Part shown: positions 29,505-39,668 of the stretch, one piece after another | How the letters are laid out: each line of letters starts with the position of its first letter | Numbering within the stretch: the first letter of the stretch is position 1 | Sequence record: OZ335960.1 | From: a phage | Direction: 5' to 3' (one strand) | Length of the DNA: 64,000 bases | The notes under the pieces: generated by a model | Told to the model about the DNA's origin: nothing | The model's input: only the letters and a program-made list of their open reading frames with translations | Databases searched by the model: none | Translations under genes and position numbers: made by a program

Positions 29505-30235
29505 TCACCGTTATAATCTTTTTTCGCAATATGAGTTTCGCCAGTTTTCCACCAATGGTCAACCAAATAAAAATGACGGGAATACACATGAAGGCTTCCG
29601 ACATTCCATATAATGGAACCTGCTTTATACTGACGAGTTGAATCACCTGCATTCAAATCAGATACTAATTTATCTAGTACGTATTTTTGCCACGCATAAT
29701 CATTACGGAATCCGAAGACCACGTCATTTGAACGCATGCTTACTACTGCATTGACTTTCTTATCACGAATCAGGTACTGTACTGTATTCGTACACATGAA
29801 ATCTGACATACCATCTTTACGATAGTCAAACTGCATGGATGGGCGAGTATAAATCATGATACCACGCCGAGAATCAGGATTTTGACCAAGTTCAAATAAA
29901 CACATATCATACTGGGCATAGTTATCTTCTGACCAGATGGCCCAACCATAATTCGAGTTAATTTCGCCTTTAGAAGATGCTACCTGCTGCCAAATCTTTG
30001 GTGTTTCGCCTGGAATATCTTTAACAAACAAACTTTTAGATTTATACCATTCAAGTTCACGCTGAATGTATTCATCATTAAGAGCGCCAAAAATAAACGG
30101 TTCATCTGCTACAAATGATGCACCAATAATTTCAATAGTTTTAACACCAGTTTTATCAACTACGAAATCTTTTTCCTTTAATGCAAGCCCCAAATGAAGA
30201 CGGATTTCTTCAACTGTCATAGAGTCACTAATCAT
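29495..30235 (-). CDS. 42: dCMP hydroxymethylase gp42
   Basis: 246 aa as T4 gp42; thymidylate-synthase-like. Confidence 0.9.
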   Translation of the reverse strand: MISDSMTVEEIRLHLGLALKEKDFVVDKTGVKTIEIIGASFVADEPFIFGALNDEYIQRELEWYKSKSLFVKDIPGETPKIWQQVASSKGEINSNYGWAIWSEDNYAQYDMCLFELGQNPDSRRGIMIYTRPSMQFDYRKDGMSDFMCTNTVQYLIRDKKVNAVVSMRSNDVVFGFRNDYAWQKYVLDKLVSDLNAGDSTRQYKAGSIIWNVGSLHVYSRHFYLVDHWWKTGETHIAKKDYNGEWK

Positions 30236-30388
30236 TTAAACCTCAATTGATACATTCATATTTAACTTGTAACAGTAATAAACCCCAACCTATAATAAGG
30301 GTCGGAATCATAAGAGGAACCGTTACGCTATAGTATATACTTATTATAATCATCAAGATTAAAAGCAATACTGCTAAAATTTTGCTTT

Positions 30389-30640
30389 TCATTCCTTCTC
30401 TCTGATGATAATTACTTGATTTTGCTGTGCGGATTTTTTAGTTTCACCCGCAATTGACCAAATAAAGGTAATAAACCAACCAATAATTGACCAATTAAAC
30501 AGTAAAGATGTGAAAAAGATTCCTACTGTCGATTTTGACCCACGCATCAAGGCGATGAACCATGGAAGCATGTATATAATAATAGCCAACACGCCTGAAA
30601 CTAAAACCATAAAAATTGAACCTGCTACTAAAGTTTCCAC
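30389..30640 (-). CDS. imm: Imm superinfection immunity membrane protein
   Basis: 83 aa, two TM segments. Confidence 0.8.
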   Translation of the reverse strand: METLVAGSIFMVLVSGVLAIIIYMLPWFIALMRGSKSTVGIFFTSLLFNWSIIGWFITFIWSIAGETKKSAQQNQVIIIREKE

Positions 30641-30647
30641 GTTTTCC

Positions 30648-31028
30648 TCACTTAATCAAATTTTTTACACATGAATTATAAGAATTCACTACATACTCCA
30701 TTGGAGCATTTTTACCAGTACGCCATTGATAATTATTAGCCCAATTAGCCCAAAGTTCGGCACAGTAGTTTTCAATTTTTTCTTCGCGTGTAATTACATC
30801 TGAATTACGATATGCTTGAGCAGATTCATCTGGACGAATAGCTTCGTCAAAATTCGCCTGCATTTGTTCTACTGTCTGTTTTGGAGCCTCTTTATAACAC
30901 TTAACGTTAGGATTATAAAATTTGCTTGAACAATTTACAATTTTTCCTGCGTCAGACTGATTTACTACTGATCCTTGAGCTACACAGCCAGTAAGACCCA
31001 ATGCAATAACCAAAATAGCGATTTTCAT
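30648..31028 (-). CDS. predicted lipoprotein, 126 aa (imm.1 position)
   Basis: ATG at 31028 with SD GGAG; signal peptide and lipobox LTGC; longer track ORF is promoter read-through. Confidence 0.55.
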   Translation of the reverse strand: MKIAILVIALGLTGCVAQGSVVNQSDAGKIVNCSSKFYNPNVKCYKEAPKQTVEQMQANFDEAIRPDESAQAYRNSDVITREEKIENYCAELWANWANNYQWRTGKNAPMEYVVNSYNSCVKNLIK

Positions 31029-31057
31029 TTCATTCTCCAAATCCGTATCAGTTGATA

Positions 31058-31094
31058 GTTGTATAGTACCACAGAGGAACAGTCTTGTAAACAG
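31058..31094 (-). promoter_or_regulatory. T4-type early promoter
   Basis: Conserved repeat, -35 rc 31086-31092, -10 rc 31061-31068. Confidence 0.55.
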
Positions 31095-31175
31095 TTTTGT
31101 GAAAAAATTTTTAATGAATTTACAGGACCTAGAATCATCTATTTTTCTTAAGTATAGATTTATATTACTTGTATG

Positions 31176-31197
31176 AAAAAGGGACCCGGAGGTCCCT
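31176..31197 (-). terminator. hairpin terminator after gene 43
   Basis: GGGACC-UCCG-GGUCCC plus U-run on minus strand. Confidence 0.55.
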
Positions 31198-31209
31198 AGA
31201 TTTATTCTA

Positions 31210-33906
31210 TCAGCCAAACAGGAAGTCTAACGAAGCTTTTTCCTCATAGTCCATACCTGCCGATTCACACATACCCGCAAGCGGTTTAACAAACGATTTT
31301 TGGAACAAAGTTGAGTAGTCAATCCAAGACAGTACGTCAGAACGAATTTCCTTTGGAAGTTCTGTGCCTGACGGCCAAGCAATGCACTTATCACCAAATG
31401 GATTTCCTTCACGTAATGGAAGAACCATTACCTTATTTCCATCCAAAATTGGAGCTACACCTAAACCGCTAACAGCTCGACGATAAGTTAGCACACCACG
31501 AATATGGAACGGACATTTAAATCCTGGCCAACCTTTATCATCATATTTCGCTATATCGTTCGCAGTTTTTACTTCAGCAATAACTTTATAGTCAAGTTGA
31601 CGATATTCTTTCTCAAAGTTCTTGTAGTATTCTTGGACAGACTCTTCGCCTTCCTGAAGAATACGACGAATACTTTCTTCGAGAGCTTCTTGCACTGCTT
31701 TTGGTGTTGAACTTTGCTGAGTTTCCATACCCATGATTTTTAGATGCGGTTCAGCAAATCGCTTATCTTCCATATCATAAACGTTCAGAGCATAACGTTT
31801 TTTCGCTTTCCAAAATCCACCAACACCCTTTGAACCAAGCGGAGGGCAAGAAATAGCTTCACGGTCCATATGCATCAGATGCTCGCGGTTATTCATATAG
31901 TCACATAACTCACGATATGCAACATCAATCATCGGTTCCATCTTTTTCTTACCGAACTGATTCATGAATTCAACTAAATCATTTTGTTCTTTAAAGCGGT
32001 CAAGACCTACTTTTTCAATTACTTTATCTACACAAACATATACCGAATCAGTATCACCTGCTGCGATGAAATCTTCACCATTAGTTCCACATACTTTATT
32101 CAGATATTCATTAATTTTGCGAGCAATCCATTGAATACCGACTTGACCGAAAATTGTGATAGCAGTAGCATTTCGCAAATCATAGTAGCGAAAATGAATA
32201 TTACCAAGAGCACCATAAAGACTGTTAATAAGAATTTTACGGTTCAGCTGATTTGTGTTAGCAAGCGTAGCTGCTTTTTCACATTCTTCGATCAGACTAT
32301 TAAGAACAGATTCAGTGTAATTCGATAATTCGTTTAAGAAATCATCATTGAACTTAACATATCGTTCAACTTCCGGTTTAGTTGAACAAGACCCTGCACC
32401 TTTCATAATAATTTTTTTAATAGCTTCGGCATTCATTTCTTCCGCGAACATTTTCTTTTTCCAATCTTTACGCTGGAAAAATACTTTAGCGATTTCCTTT
32501 GGAATGATACCTTCTTGGTGCTTATCATACATCCATCCATTCGGAGAACAAGAATATTCATCACTTGGCTTAGGAGCTGTTCCTGCGATATATTCATGAA
32601 TTGGATGAACTTTAAACTGCCCACGAATAGTCTCAGGACTAATGTTAACCTGACGAATAATGCTAGGATACAGAGACGTCAAGTCAAAACTCATAATGTA
32701 TCGACGAGCAATCGGTTTAGGTTCAAACACAAATGCACCTGGAAAACTCTGTTTAACGTGCGAACCTTGTTGAGGAATAACCTTATGTTCACCTTTCAGT
32801 GAGTTAAAAATAATAGCATCCCAAGTTTTAATAGGACTCATTACACCAGAAAAAGGCATTTTAGCGTAATAAGACATACTTAAAACTAGATCGATAAACC
32901 CACGAATTTTATCAATTGCTTGAACTGATTCTACGTCAATGATGTTATAACTAATGTATCGTTGATGATTAGTCTCACGAAGTTTATTAATAGGACCATC
33001 ATACGGCAATTTACCTTTTTTGGTTTCATGTTGAGCAACTGATTCCAAAGAGAACGATGGCAAATTAGTAAATGCGAATTTCTTGTACAAATCTAAATAA
33101 TCAAGAATAGATACACCATCAATAGAATAAATTTCTTTGCTACCGTACATATTTTGAATTAGTTTAGATTTTACTCGACCGATTGGAGAGAAGCGTTTCA
33201 TACTACGTTCACCGAGAACCATTTTAACACGATTCATGATATACGGAACGTCAAATCCCTCAATATTCCAACCAGTAAAAATAGCAGGTCGTTTCTGTTC
33301 CCAGAGATTAATATATTCCATGAGCATATCACGCTCACTATCAAATGGCATATAAATTACTCGGTCAAGAATTTCTTGAGGAACTTCATCACCACCTTCA
33401 CAGTCAAGCTTAGCAGCTAACTTTGCATCCCATTTTGATACTGAACCGTACATTGAATTCAACAAATCAAAGACGTAAAAACGGTCGTCAATTGAATCAT
33501 AATGAGTGATAGCATCAATTTCATATTCTGCTTTCATTGGGTCAGGAAATTTATCACCAGTAACCTCAATGTCACAGTTAGCTACACGAACAAATTTTCG
33601 GTCATAAACAATTTCTGAACCATATGTATCACTGATATAAGCGAGTTTAAAATCGTTCATACCGAGAGCTTCGAGACCGATGTCTTCCATTCGCTTCATC
33701 CAGTCTCGCGCATCTTTCATTGATGGAAATTTTTGAGGAGCGCAATTTTTACCATAAATGTCTTTGTATTTTGACTCTTCCTTACAATGCCTAAACATAG
33801 TCGGAAGATATTCTACTTCGCGAGTACGTTCCTTTCCGTTTTCATCAATATAACGCTCAACAATATTATTTCCGACTGTTTCGATAGAGATATAAAATTC
33901 TTTCAT
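31210..33906 (-). CDS. 43: DNA polymerase gp43 (family B)
   Basis: 898 aa as T4 gp43; exonuclease motifs and polymerase YGDTDS. Confidence 0.95.
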   Translation of the reverse strand: MKEFYISIETVGNNIVERYIDENGKERTREVEYLPTMFRHCKEESKYKDIYGKNCAPQKFPSMKDARDWMKRMEDIGLEALGMNDFKLAYISDTYGSEIVYDRKFVRVANCDIEVTGDKFPDPMKAEYEIDAITHYDSIDDRFYVFDLLNSMYGSVSKWDAKLAAKLDCEGGDEVPQEILDRVIYMPFDSERDMLMEYINLWEQKRPAIFTGWNIEGFDVPYIMNRVKMVLGERSMKRFSPIGRVKSKLIQNMYGSKEIYSIDGVSILDYLDLYKKFAFTNLPSFSLESVAQHETKKGKLPYDGPINKLRETNHQRYISYNIIDVESVQAIDKIRGFIDLVLSMSYYAKMPFSGVMSPIKTWDAIIFNSLKGEHKVIPQQGSHVKQSFPGAFVFEPKPIARRYIMSFDLTSLYPSIIRQVNISPETIRGQFKVHPIHEYIAGTAPKPSDEYSCSPNGWMYDKHQEGIIPKEIAKVFFQRKDWKKKMFAEEMNAEAIKKIIMKGAGSCSTKPEVERYVKFNDDFLNELSNYTESVLNSLIEECEKAATLANTNQLNRKILINSLYGALGNIHFRYYDLRNATAITIFGQVGIQWIARKINEYLNKVCGTNGEDFIAAGDTDSVYVCVDKVIEKVGLDRFKEQNDLVEFMNQFGKKKMEPMIDVAYRELCDYMNNREHLMHMDREAISCPPLGSKGVGGFWKAKKRYALNVYDMEDKRFAEPHLKIMGMETQQSSTPKAVQEALEESIRRILQEGEESVQEYYKNFEKEYRQLDYKVIAEVKTANDIAKYDDKGWPGFKCPFHIRGVLTYRRAVSGLGVAPILDGNKVMVLPLREGNPFGDKCIAWPSGTELPKEIRSDVLSWIDYSTLFQKSFVKPLAGMCESAGMDYEEKASLDFLFG

Positions 33907-33961
33907 AGATATTCCTTAGTTTATAGCCCGAGTTATTAGGCTCTTGATATATTATACTCCA

Positions 33962-33981
33962 AATAAGGGGCCGAAGCCCCT
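33962..33981 (-). terminator. UUCG-loop hairpin
   Basis: GGGGCUUCGGCCCC on minus strand. Confidence 0.5.
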
Positions 33982-33984
33982 TGC

Positions 33985-34206
33985 TTAAATTAATACCAGT
34001 TGTCGGTGAAAAATTGTTAATCCATCTGCATTAATTGACTTAACCACTGCGGTAAAGTGTTTTTGTTCTGGGTGAACTAATTTTTGAAATTCTACCTGAA
34101 ATTTTAGTTGGAGGTTTTCTGGTAAATCAAAAAGTGTTTCTGTTGCAGAAAGATTATATTTTTCTTTAAGGGACGCCATGTATTCTTGCGGAGTTATAGC
34201 AGTCAT
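33985..34206 (-). CDS. small ORF between regA and 43, 73 aa
   Basis: ATG 1 nt after regA stop; ends 4 nt before UUCG hairpin. Confidence 0.4.
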   Translation of the reverse strand: MTAITPQEYMASLKEKYNLSATETLFDLPENLQLKFQVEFQKLVHPEQKHFTAVVKSINADGLTIFHRQLVLI

Positions 34207-34207
34207 A

Positions 34208-34576
34208 TTAATTACCAATCGTATATTTAGGAACGAGTTTCCATTCATGTTTTTGTTTAAAAGAAATAACTCGGAAGTTATTGGTTAAATCTTTCATAAA
34301 AGTTCTTTGACCAGGAACGATTTCAATCAGTCCCCAATCTTCTAACAGCCACGCAATCGAATCACGACGAACTTCATCTTCTTCTGTCATTTCAACCTGA
34401 CGGCCATCCATACGAAGCATTTCTTTAAAATGAACGATATAGTATAGTCCTTTTTTCTGAAGAATGTGGCAGGACTGATACAGAACTTTATCTTTATTAT
34501 TAGCAATTCCCATACGAGTCAAAGTTTCTTTTACTTTCAGAAAATCTTCAGGTTTTTTAAGAGTAATTTCAATCAT
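34208..34576 (-). CDS. regA: translational repressor RegA
   Basis: 122 aa as T4 RegA; position 62-regA-43. Confidence 0.85.
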   Translation of the reverse strand: MIEITLKKPEDFLKVKETLTRMGIANNKDKVLYQSCHILQKKGLYYIVHFKEMLRMDGRQVEMTEEDEVRRDSIAWLLEDWGLIEIVPGQRTFMKDLTNNFRVISFKQKHEWKLVPKYTIGN

Positions 34577-34577
34577 T

Positions 34578-35141
34578 TTACCATTCCAATGCTAGTTTTT
34601 TGAGTTGTTTCTGTTCTTTTACATTCTTAGTCACTTCTTTCAAAAAATCATCCGTGACTAAACCTTTTAGTTCTTTTAATACTAAAGGAAGTTTTCCATT
34701 TTTAGTAAGAATTGATTTATAGTTAATTGCATCATTTGTATTAACTTGATACCGCTTAGCAAGTAACTTAATAATCAATACTTCGGTAGAATCTTCGACC
34801 AGTTTTGCCCATTTACCATATCTTTTACCCCGAGGAACAGCAGCCATCAGATAATTAAAATGGGCTTCATCGCTTAAACCTGATCCAATTAAATTCATCG
34901 CATATACAGCTGGCATGCATTCAGGAAATTGTGATAATGCGTTCTCAACCATGTATTTTGAATAATCTTTTTGAGCAATAGAGCATTTAGTTTTATTATT
35001 AATAGCTCCAATTATTTCAAAAAATTCATTTTCAGCTTTTTCCTTAAAAGAATCAGCAGCAGATTGGACAGCTGTCCAATCTTTTGAATACCAAGCAACT
35101 TGATGCTCGTTTAATTGAATATCATCTTCAAATAAGCTCAT
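34578..35141 (-). CDS. 62: clamp loader small subunit gp62
   Basis: 187 aa as T4 gp62. Confidence 0.9.
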   Translation of the reverse strand: MSLFEDDIQLNEHQVAWYSKDWTAVQSAADSFKEKAENEFFEIIGAINNKTKCSIAQKDYSKYMVENALSQFPECMPAVYAMNLIGSGLSDEAHFNYLMAAVPRGKRYGKWAKLVEDSTEVLIIKLLAKRYQVNTNDAINYKSILTKNGKLPLVLKELKGLVTDDFLKEVTKNVKEQKQLKKLALEW

Positions 35142-35142
35142 A

Positions 35143-36102
35143 TCACTTCCACTGCATTTCGCATGCTAATTGAATGAAAAGATATGCTAAATGTAATTCA
35201 GTATTAGCCGCAATTCCATGATACTGGTTATTTTCACCAACAATTTCATACATACGAATAATACTTTGCGGAGTTACGCGTGTATAGATTTCTTCGGCAA
35301 GTTTACCTACGAACCACGAATAATCAGCCGCATATTTTGGTGCTAAAGCTCTGAGTTGTTTAACATCTTTATTTTTGAGAGACTCAAGAACATCATCAAT
35401 AGCACCACGATCGTTAGTAACCAGTGATAAAATACCAGCATCCAAAACACCTTTAGATGAATAACTATCGAGCTCACCAATAGTTTTACGAAAATCAGGA
35501 AAATTCTTTTTAACCAAAGCTGCTACAACTTTCATATCAGCTATAGCAATTCCTTCATGCTTGCAGATTTCAGTCAATCGACGAATCATCTGCTTCATCA
35601 TTTCAATTTTATCTTCATCGGTCGGTTGACCGAATGTAATAACTCGGCAGCGTGACTGAAGTGGTTTAATAATACCATCAATATTGTTAGCAGTAATAAT
35701 AATACTACAGTTTGAACTATAAGCTTCCATAAAGGAACGAAGATGTCGCTGAGACTCTGCTAACCCTGAGCGGTCAAATTCATCAATAACGATTACTTTT
35801 TGACGACCATCAAATGAAGCTGCACTAGCAAAATTAGTCAAAGGACCACGAACGAAATCAATTTTACAATCTGACCCATTCACAAACATCATATCAGCAT
35901 TTACATCATGACACAATGCTTTTGCTACAGTTGTTTTACCTGTTCCTGGAGAAGGAGAATGAAGAATAATATGTGGAATTTTACCTTTACTTGTAATAGA
36001 TTTAAAGGTTTCTTTATCAAAGGCGGGAAGAATACATTCATCGATAGTAGATGGACGATATTTCTGTTCAAGAATGTGTTCTTTTTCATTTACAGTAATC
36101 AT
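35143..36102 (-). CDS. 44: clamp loader gp44 (AAA+)
   Basis: 319 aa from ATG at 36102; Walker A SPGTGKTT. Confidence 0.9.
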   Translation of the reverse strand: MITVNEKEHILEQKYRPSTIDECILPAFDKETFKSITSKGKIPHIILHSPSPGTGKTTVAKALCHDVNADMMFVNGSDCKIDFVRGPLTNFASAASFDGRQKVIVIDEFDRSGLAESQRHLRSFMEAYSSNCSIIITANNIDGIIKPLQSRCRVITFGQPTDEDKIEMMKQMIRRLTEICKHEGIAIADMKVVAALVKKNFPDFRKTIGELDSYSSKGVLDAGILSLVTNDRGAIDDVLESLKNKDVKQLRALAPKYAADYSWFVGKLAEEIYTRVTPQSIIRMYEIVGENNQYHGIAANTELHLAYLFIQLACEMQWK

Positions 36103-36133
36103 AATTTCCTCATTCAAGTTTTAATGTAAATTA

Positions 36134-36151
36134 TAAAGGGCCGAAGCCCTT
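36134..36151 (-). terminator. UUCG-loop hairpin after gene 45
   Basis: GGGCUUCGGCCC plus U-run. Confidence 0.55.
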
Positions 36152-36153
36152 TA

Positions 36154-36840
36154 TTAAAAATCGTGGGTAGAATCAGCTTCAAGAGCTACTACATAATTCG
36201 CGTGTTCACCTTCAAATTTAGCAGCACCTTGTTTACCTTTTGCCCAGAGCAGAAGTTTATAATTTCCTGGTTGCATTTTCATATTTGCCATATTGATAAT
36301 GAAATTAAATGTATTTTCACCGTCATAATCACCAAGAGTCAAAGAATATTTAACACGGGTCAAAGCAGAATCTTCTACTTTATTAAAACCGTTAATTACA
36401 ATTTTACCTTCTTTTACTGTGATAGCAATTGTATCAATCTGCAGACCGCGAGATACACGCAACAGCTGTTGAAGGTCTTCAGCTTTAATTTCGGTAACAA
36501 CAGATGCTACCGGGAATGGAATTGGTTTATTAGGAGCAACTACTGTACTCGGATCGGCTGCTGGCCAAAAAATTGTTGAACGAGCATCAGCAATTTTAAT
36601 ATTTCCATCTTCTGACTGGGAAATTTCTGCATCGTCATTAACTAGAGACAGAATACCGAGAAAACCGTTCAAATCGTAAATTGCTACATCAAAATCAATA
36701 GTGTCAGAAATATTTGCTTCTGCATAAGTTGTACCATTAACAGCGCGAGTCATAATAAATTGACCGGATTTAAGCATAATGCCAGAGTTAATAGTAGCGA
36801 AATTTTTGAGCAGAGCAGTAGTATCTTTAGACAGTTTCAT
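36154..36840 (-). CDS. 45: sliding clamp gp45
   Basis: 228 aa as T4 gp45. Confidence 0.9.
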   Translation of the reverse strand: MKLSKDTTALLKNFATINSGIMLKSGQFIMTRAVNGTTYAEANISDTIDFDVAIYDLNGFLGILSLVNDDAEISQSEDGNIKIADARSTIFWPAADPSTVVAPNKPIPFPVASVVTEIKAEDLQQLLRVSRGLQIDTIAITVKEGKIVINGFNKVEDSALTRVKYSLTLGDYDGENTFNFIINMANMKMQPGNYKLLLWAKGKQGAAKFEGEHANYVVALEADSTHDF

Positions 36841-36895
36841 GTAATTTCCTTCAATTCAAATGAGATTTAATTTTATAACTAATTTAATAAAGCAA

Positions 36896-37285
36896 TTAAC
36901 GATTAAAATCAGAAGCAATTGTTTCCGCAACAATTTGAGCAGCGATAATTAGACGTTCATCTGCATTACCACAATAATCGTCTTCAAGGCGTTCACCACA
37001 TGAAGTCATAATAAATTTAGCACCAGCATTTAAAGATTCTGTCGTATGTTTGCGCATTAGTTCAATCCATTTATTACTTACTTCACGATCGATAGCTTCA
37101 TAATACGCATGACGAGCAGGTGCAGATTTAATTTTATTCTGAATAACTTCCATCGCGTTATCAGAAAGAGACAAAACCCATGCTCGACGAATTTTATTTT
37201 GGTTTTGTGGATTTGATTCAGAACGCACGTGTTTTGGCTGAATATCTTTTACATCAACAGTATAATTCACAGTAATTTTAGTCAT
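36896..37285 (-). CDS. rpbA: RNA polymerase-binding protein RpbA
   Basis: 129 aa as T4 RpbA; position between 45.2 and 45. Confidence 0.75.
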   Translation of the reverse strand: MTKITVNYTVDVKDIQPKHVRSESNPQNQNKIRRAWVLSLSDNAMEVIQNKIKSAPARHAYYEAIDREVSNKWIELMRKHTTESLNAGAKFIMTSCGERLEDDYCGNADERLIIAAQIVAETIASDFNR

Positions 37286-37294
37286 AATACACCT

Positions 37295-37483
37295 TTAGTC
37301 ATAATAATCAGTAACAGTCCAAGCTTCATTTCTGTTGGACATTATTTTCGTATATTCTGCTTTAAATGCATTCTTAAGCATAGATTCAGTAACTATATGC
37401 TCTTCATTAGAAAAATTATTTCTCAGAATATATCGTTTTATTTCAGGAATAGTTAATAGATGCTGTCCAGTTGAATATTCCAT
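37295..37483 (-). CDS. gp45.2-like small protein
   Basis: 62 aa as T4 gp45.2. Confidence 0.65.
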   Translation of the reverse strand: MEYSTGQHLLTIPEIKRYILRNNFSNEEHIVTESMLKNAFKAEYTKIMSNRNEAWTVTDYYD

Positions 37484-37498
37484 GTTTTTCCTCCATAG

Positions 37499-37526
37499 AG
37501 ATTATACTCTAATAAATTAAAGCATA
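37499..37526 (-). promoter_or_regulatory. middle promoter (MotA box TGCTTTA, 12 nt, TATAAT)
   Basis: Minus strand aTGCTTTAatttattagagTATAAT. Confidence 0.55.
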
Positions 37527-37538
37527 ATCTCTTATAAA

Positions 37539-39221
37539 TTAAACCATTACAGTAAATCGACCAACTTTCTTCATTTGAAGATGCTGACCATATGCTTGCG
37601 GGTCGTGGTCTCTATGTGAAATAACAAAAACATTAGTATTTTTTAAACTATCTAAAATAGTTGAAATAGCTTTTACACCTTCAACATCGGTCGCTGAATC
37701 AAAAACTTCATCAAGAATTAACGTGTTTATTTTAACACCTGAAACTTTTTCAGCAATATCACGCCAAGTAAATAAAAGAGCAATATCAATTCGTGCTTTT
37801 TCACCTTGACTGAATGAAGCATAACTAAAATCTTCACGACCACGGGATTTAATTGTCTCATTAAATTCTTCATCTAATGTAAACACATAATCCGCTTCCA
37901 TTATTTTAAGATAATGGTTAATCTGCTTATTAAATAATGGAATGTACTTTTTAATAATAGCACCTTTAATACCAGAATCTTTGAGCATATCAGTCAAAAT
38001 TCCTCTGTGGTATTTTTCCATTACTAAATTAGTTTTTGTCTTAACAATTTTATCAAGTTCTTCTTGAAGCAGTGCTATTTCATCAGCATGGTCAATAAAC
38101 TCAGATGATGCTTTTTCTATAGCTGCTTTAACTTTTTTAGCTTTATCTACCGTCGTGATTAGAGATTGCTTTTTATTGCGAATATCATTCGCCAACGTCT
38201 GCTGGGTTTTAATATTATCTCGGTATTCATCAACGAGAACTTTTAAATTATCACGATGTGTTGAAAGCTGTTCAAACGAATGCGTGCATTCAGAAACTTT
38301 ATCTTTAATTTTAGAAACAACTTTATCGCCGGAACTTAATTGTGACAAACAGGTTGGACATAATCCACCTTCGTGATACATATTAATGACTTTATTATAC
38401 GAGTCAATTTTTGATTTAATTAAAAATGCTTCTTGACCGATTTTATTAAATGCATCAGTTGGGTCTTCATCCAAAACAATATTAACTAATCTTTCATTAG
38501 CTTCTTCTATTTCCGATTTTAACGTTCTAGCTTCTTTTGCCAAATCATCATACATATTCTGTAGACGAGTAAGGTTATCACCAGTTAATTTTTTCTGGCG
38601 TTCAACGTTATCATTATATATTTTAATTTGCTGGATAATACTATCTTTTTTAACATCAAGCACTTGGTTTTGTGAATTTAATTCACGTATTAGTGCTTTA
38701 TTAAGCTTATCCATTTCAGCTAATGTTCCTACCTCGAGTAGGTCTTCGACAAGCTTTCTTCTTGCAGGAGTGGATAAGCCCATAAAAGGGGTATATCCAG
38801 CCGTGCCGAGTACGACGATCTGTTTGAAACTGGCGTATGACATTCCGATAAGCTGTTCAAATTCTGCTTGGAAATCTTTACTGCTGGCAGATTCATTAAG
38901 ACGTGTACCGTTAACGGTGATTTCGAAAACATTCGGTTTTTGTCCTCTTTTGATATAGTACTTTTTCTCATCATATTCCATCCACAGTTCAACTAAAAGT
39001 TCTTTCTTATTTGTGCTGTTTATTAATTGACCTTTCTTTACATCACGAAATGGCTTGCCAAAAAGCCCAAATGTGATGGCTTCTAACATAGTAGACTTAC
39101 CACCGCCATTTCGTCCAGTAATAAGAGTTTTTTGAACCTTATCTAGTTGAATGTCAATAGGATTTCCACCTACTGACATTATATTTTGATACCTAACTCG
39201 GTTTAGTTTAAAATTCTTCAC
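37539..39221 (-). CDS. 46: recombination nuclease subunit gp46 (Rad50/SbcC-like)
   Basis: 560 aa as T4 gp46; Walker A GRNGGGKST. Confidence 0.9.
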   Translation of the reverse strand: MKNFKLNRVRYQNIMSVGGNPIDIQLDKVQKTLITGRNGGGKSTMLEAITFGLFGKPFRDVKKGQLINSTNKKELLVELWMEYDEKKYYIKRGQKPNVFEITVNGTRLNESASSKDFQAEFEQLIGMSYASFKQIVVLGTAGYTPFMGLSTPARRKLVEDLLEVGTLAEMDKLNKALIRELNSQNQVLDVKKDSIIQQIKIYNDNVERQKKLTGDNLTRLQNMYDDLAKEARTLKSEIEEANERLVNIVLDEDPTDAFNKIGQEAFLIKSKIDSYNKVINMYHEGGLCPTCLSQLSSGDKVVSKIKDKVSECTHSFEQLSTHRDNLKVLVDEYRDNIKTQQTLANDIRNKKQSLITTVDKAKKVKAAIEKASSEFIDHADEIALLQEELDKIVKTKTNLVMEKYHRGILTDMLKDSGIKGAIIKKYIPLFNKQINHYLKIMEADYVFTLDEEFNETIKSRGREDFSYASFSQGEKARIDIALLFTWRDIAEKVSGVKINTLILDEVFDSATDVEGVKAISTILDSLKNTNVFVISHRDHDPQAYGQHLQMKKVGRFTVMV

Positions 39222-39481
39222 AAAAGATTCCTTTTAATGTATCTTTTAGACCATTCTATCATATCATCATAATCTAAAAAGTATTCATCAAATTCAGCCA
39301 TGCAAACAACACCTTGTGCTGCTTTTGATGTGATATAAATTATTCCAACATATCTAGAATCTTCTTCGGTGTAATCAATATTTGCTATAAATTCATCGTT
39401 AATGTCAAATGTCGAAAACTTCACAGTATGCATCCTTAATACAAGATACAGCCATATCTTGTAATGATTTAGGTGTGTCAT
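39218..39481 (-). CDS. hypothetical small protein between 47 and 46 (start uncertain)
   Basis: Six-frame ORF overlapping next ORF in another frame. Confidence 0.35.
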   Translation of the reverse strand: MTHLNHYKIWLYLVLRMHTVKFSTFDINDEFIANIDYTEEDSRYVGIIYITSKAAQGVVCMAEFDEYFLDYDDMIEWSKRYIKRNLL

Positions 39482-39668
39482 TATCTAAAATGTTGAAGTT
39501 AAAAGATACGGCCCAATCAGTGCAGACCGTAACCTTTTTAATACAATTATCTTCAACCTCTAGCGGTTCAAACCAATATTCAATAATTTCTTTATGCCCA
39601 ATATCATCTTTTACTTCGCATTCAAAATGCTGACTCATCATAACATTTTTAAATTCATCAAAAGTCAT
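39405..39668 (-). CDS. hypothetical protein, 87 aa
   Basis: ATG overlaps gene 47 stop. Confidence 0.4.
   Translation of the reverse strand: MTFDEFKNVMMSQHFECEVKDDIGHKEIIEYWFEPLEVEDNCIKKVTVCTDWAVSFNFNILDNDTPKSLQDMAVSCIKDAYCEVFDI

Noticed and set aside
4683-31217. Long 5' extensions of track ORFs 4569..4817 and 30648..31217
   Set aside because: The extension is the in-frame translation of the early-promoter repeat; the real ATG with SD lies downstream of the -10 element
31210-33906. Possible mosaicism in gene 43
   Set aside because: My recollection of reference polymerase sequences is not reliable enough to separate T4 from RB-type segments without an alignment
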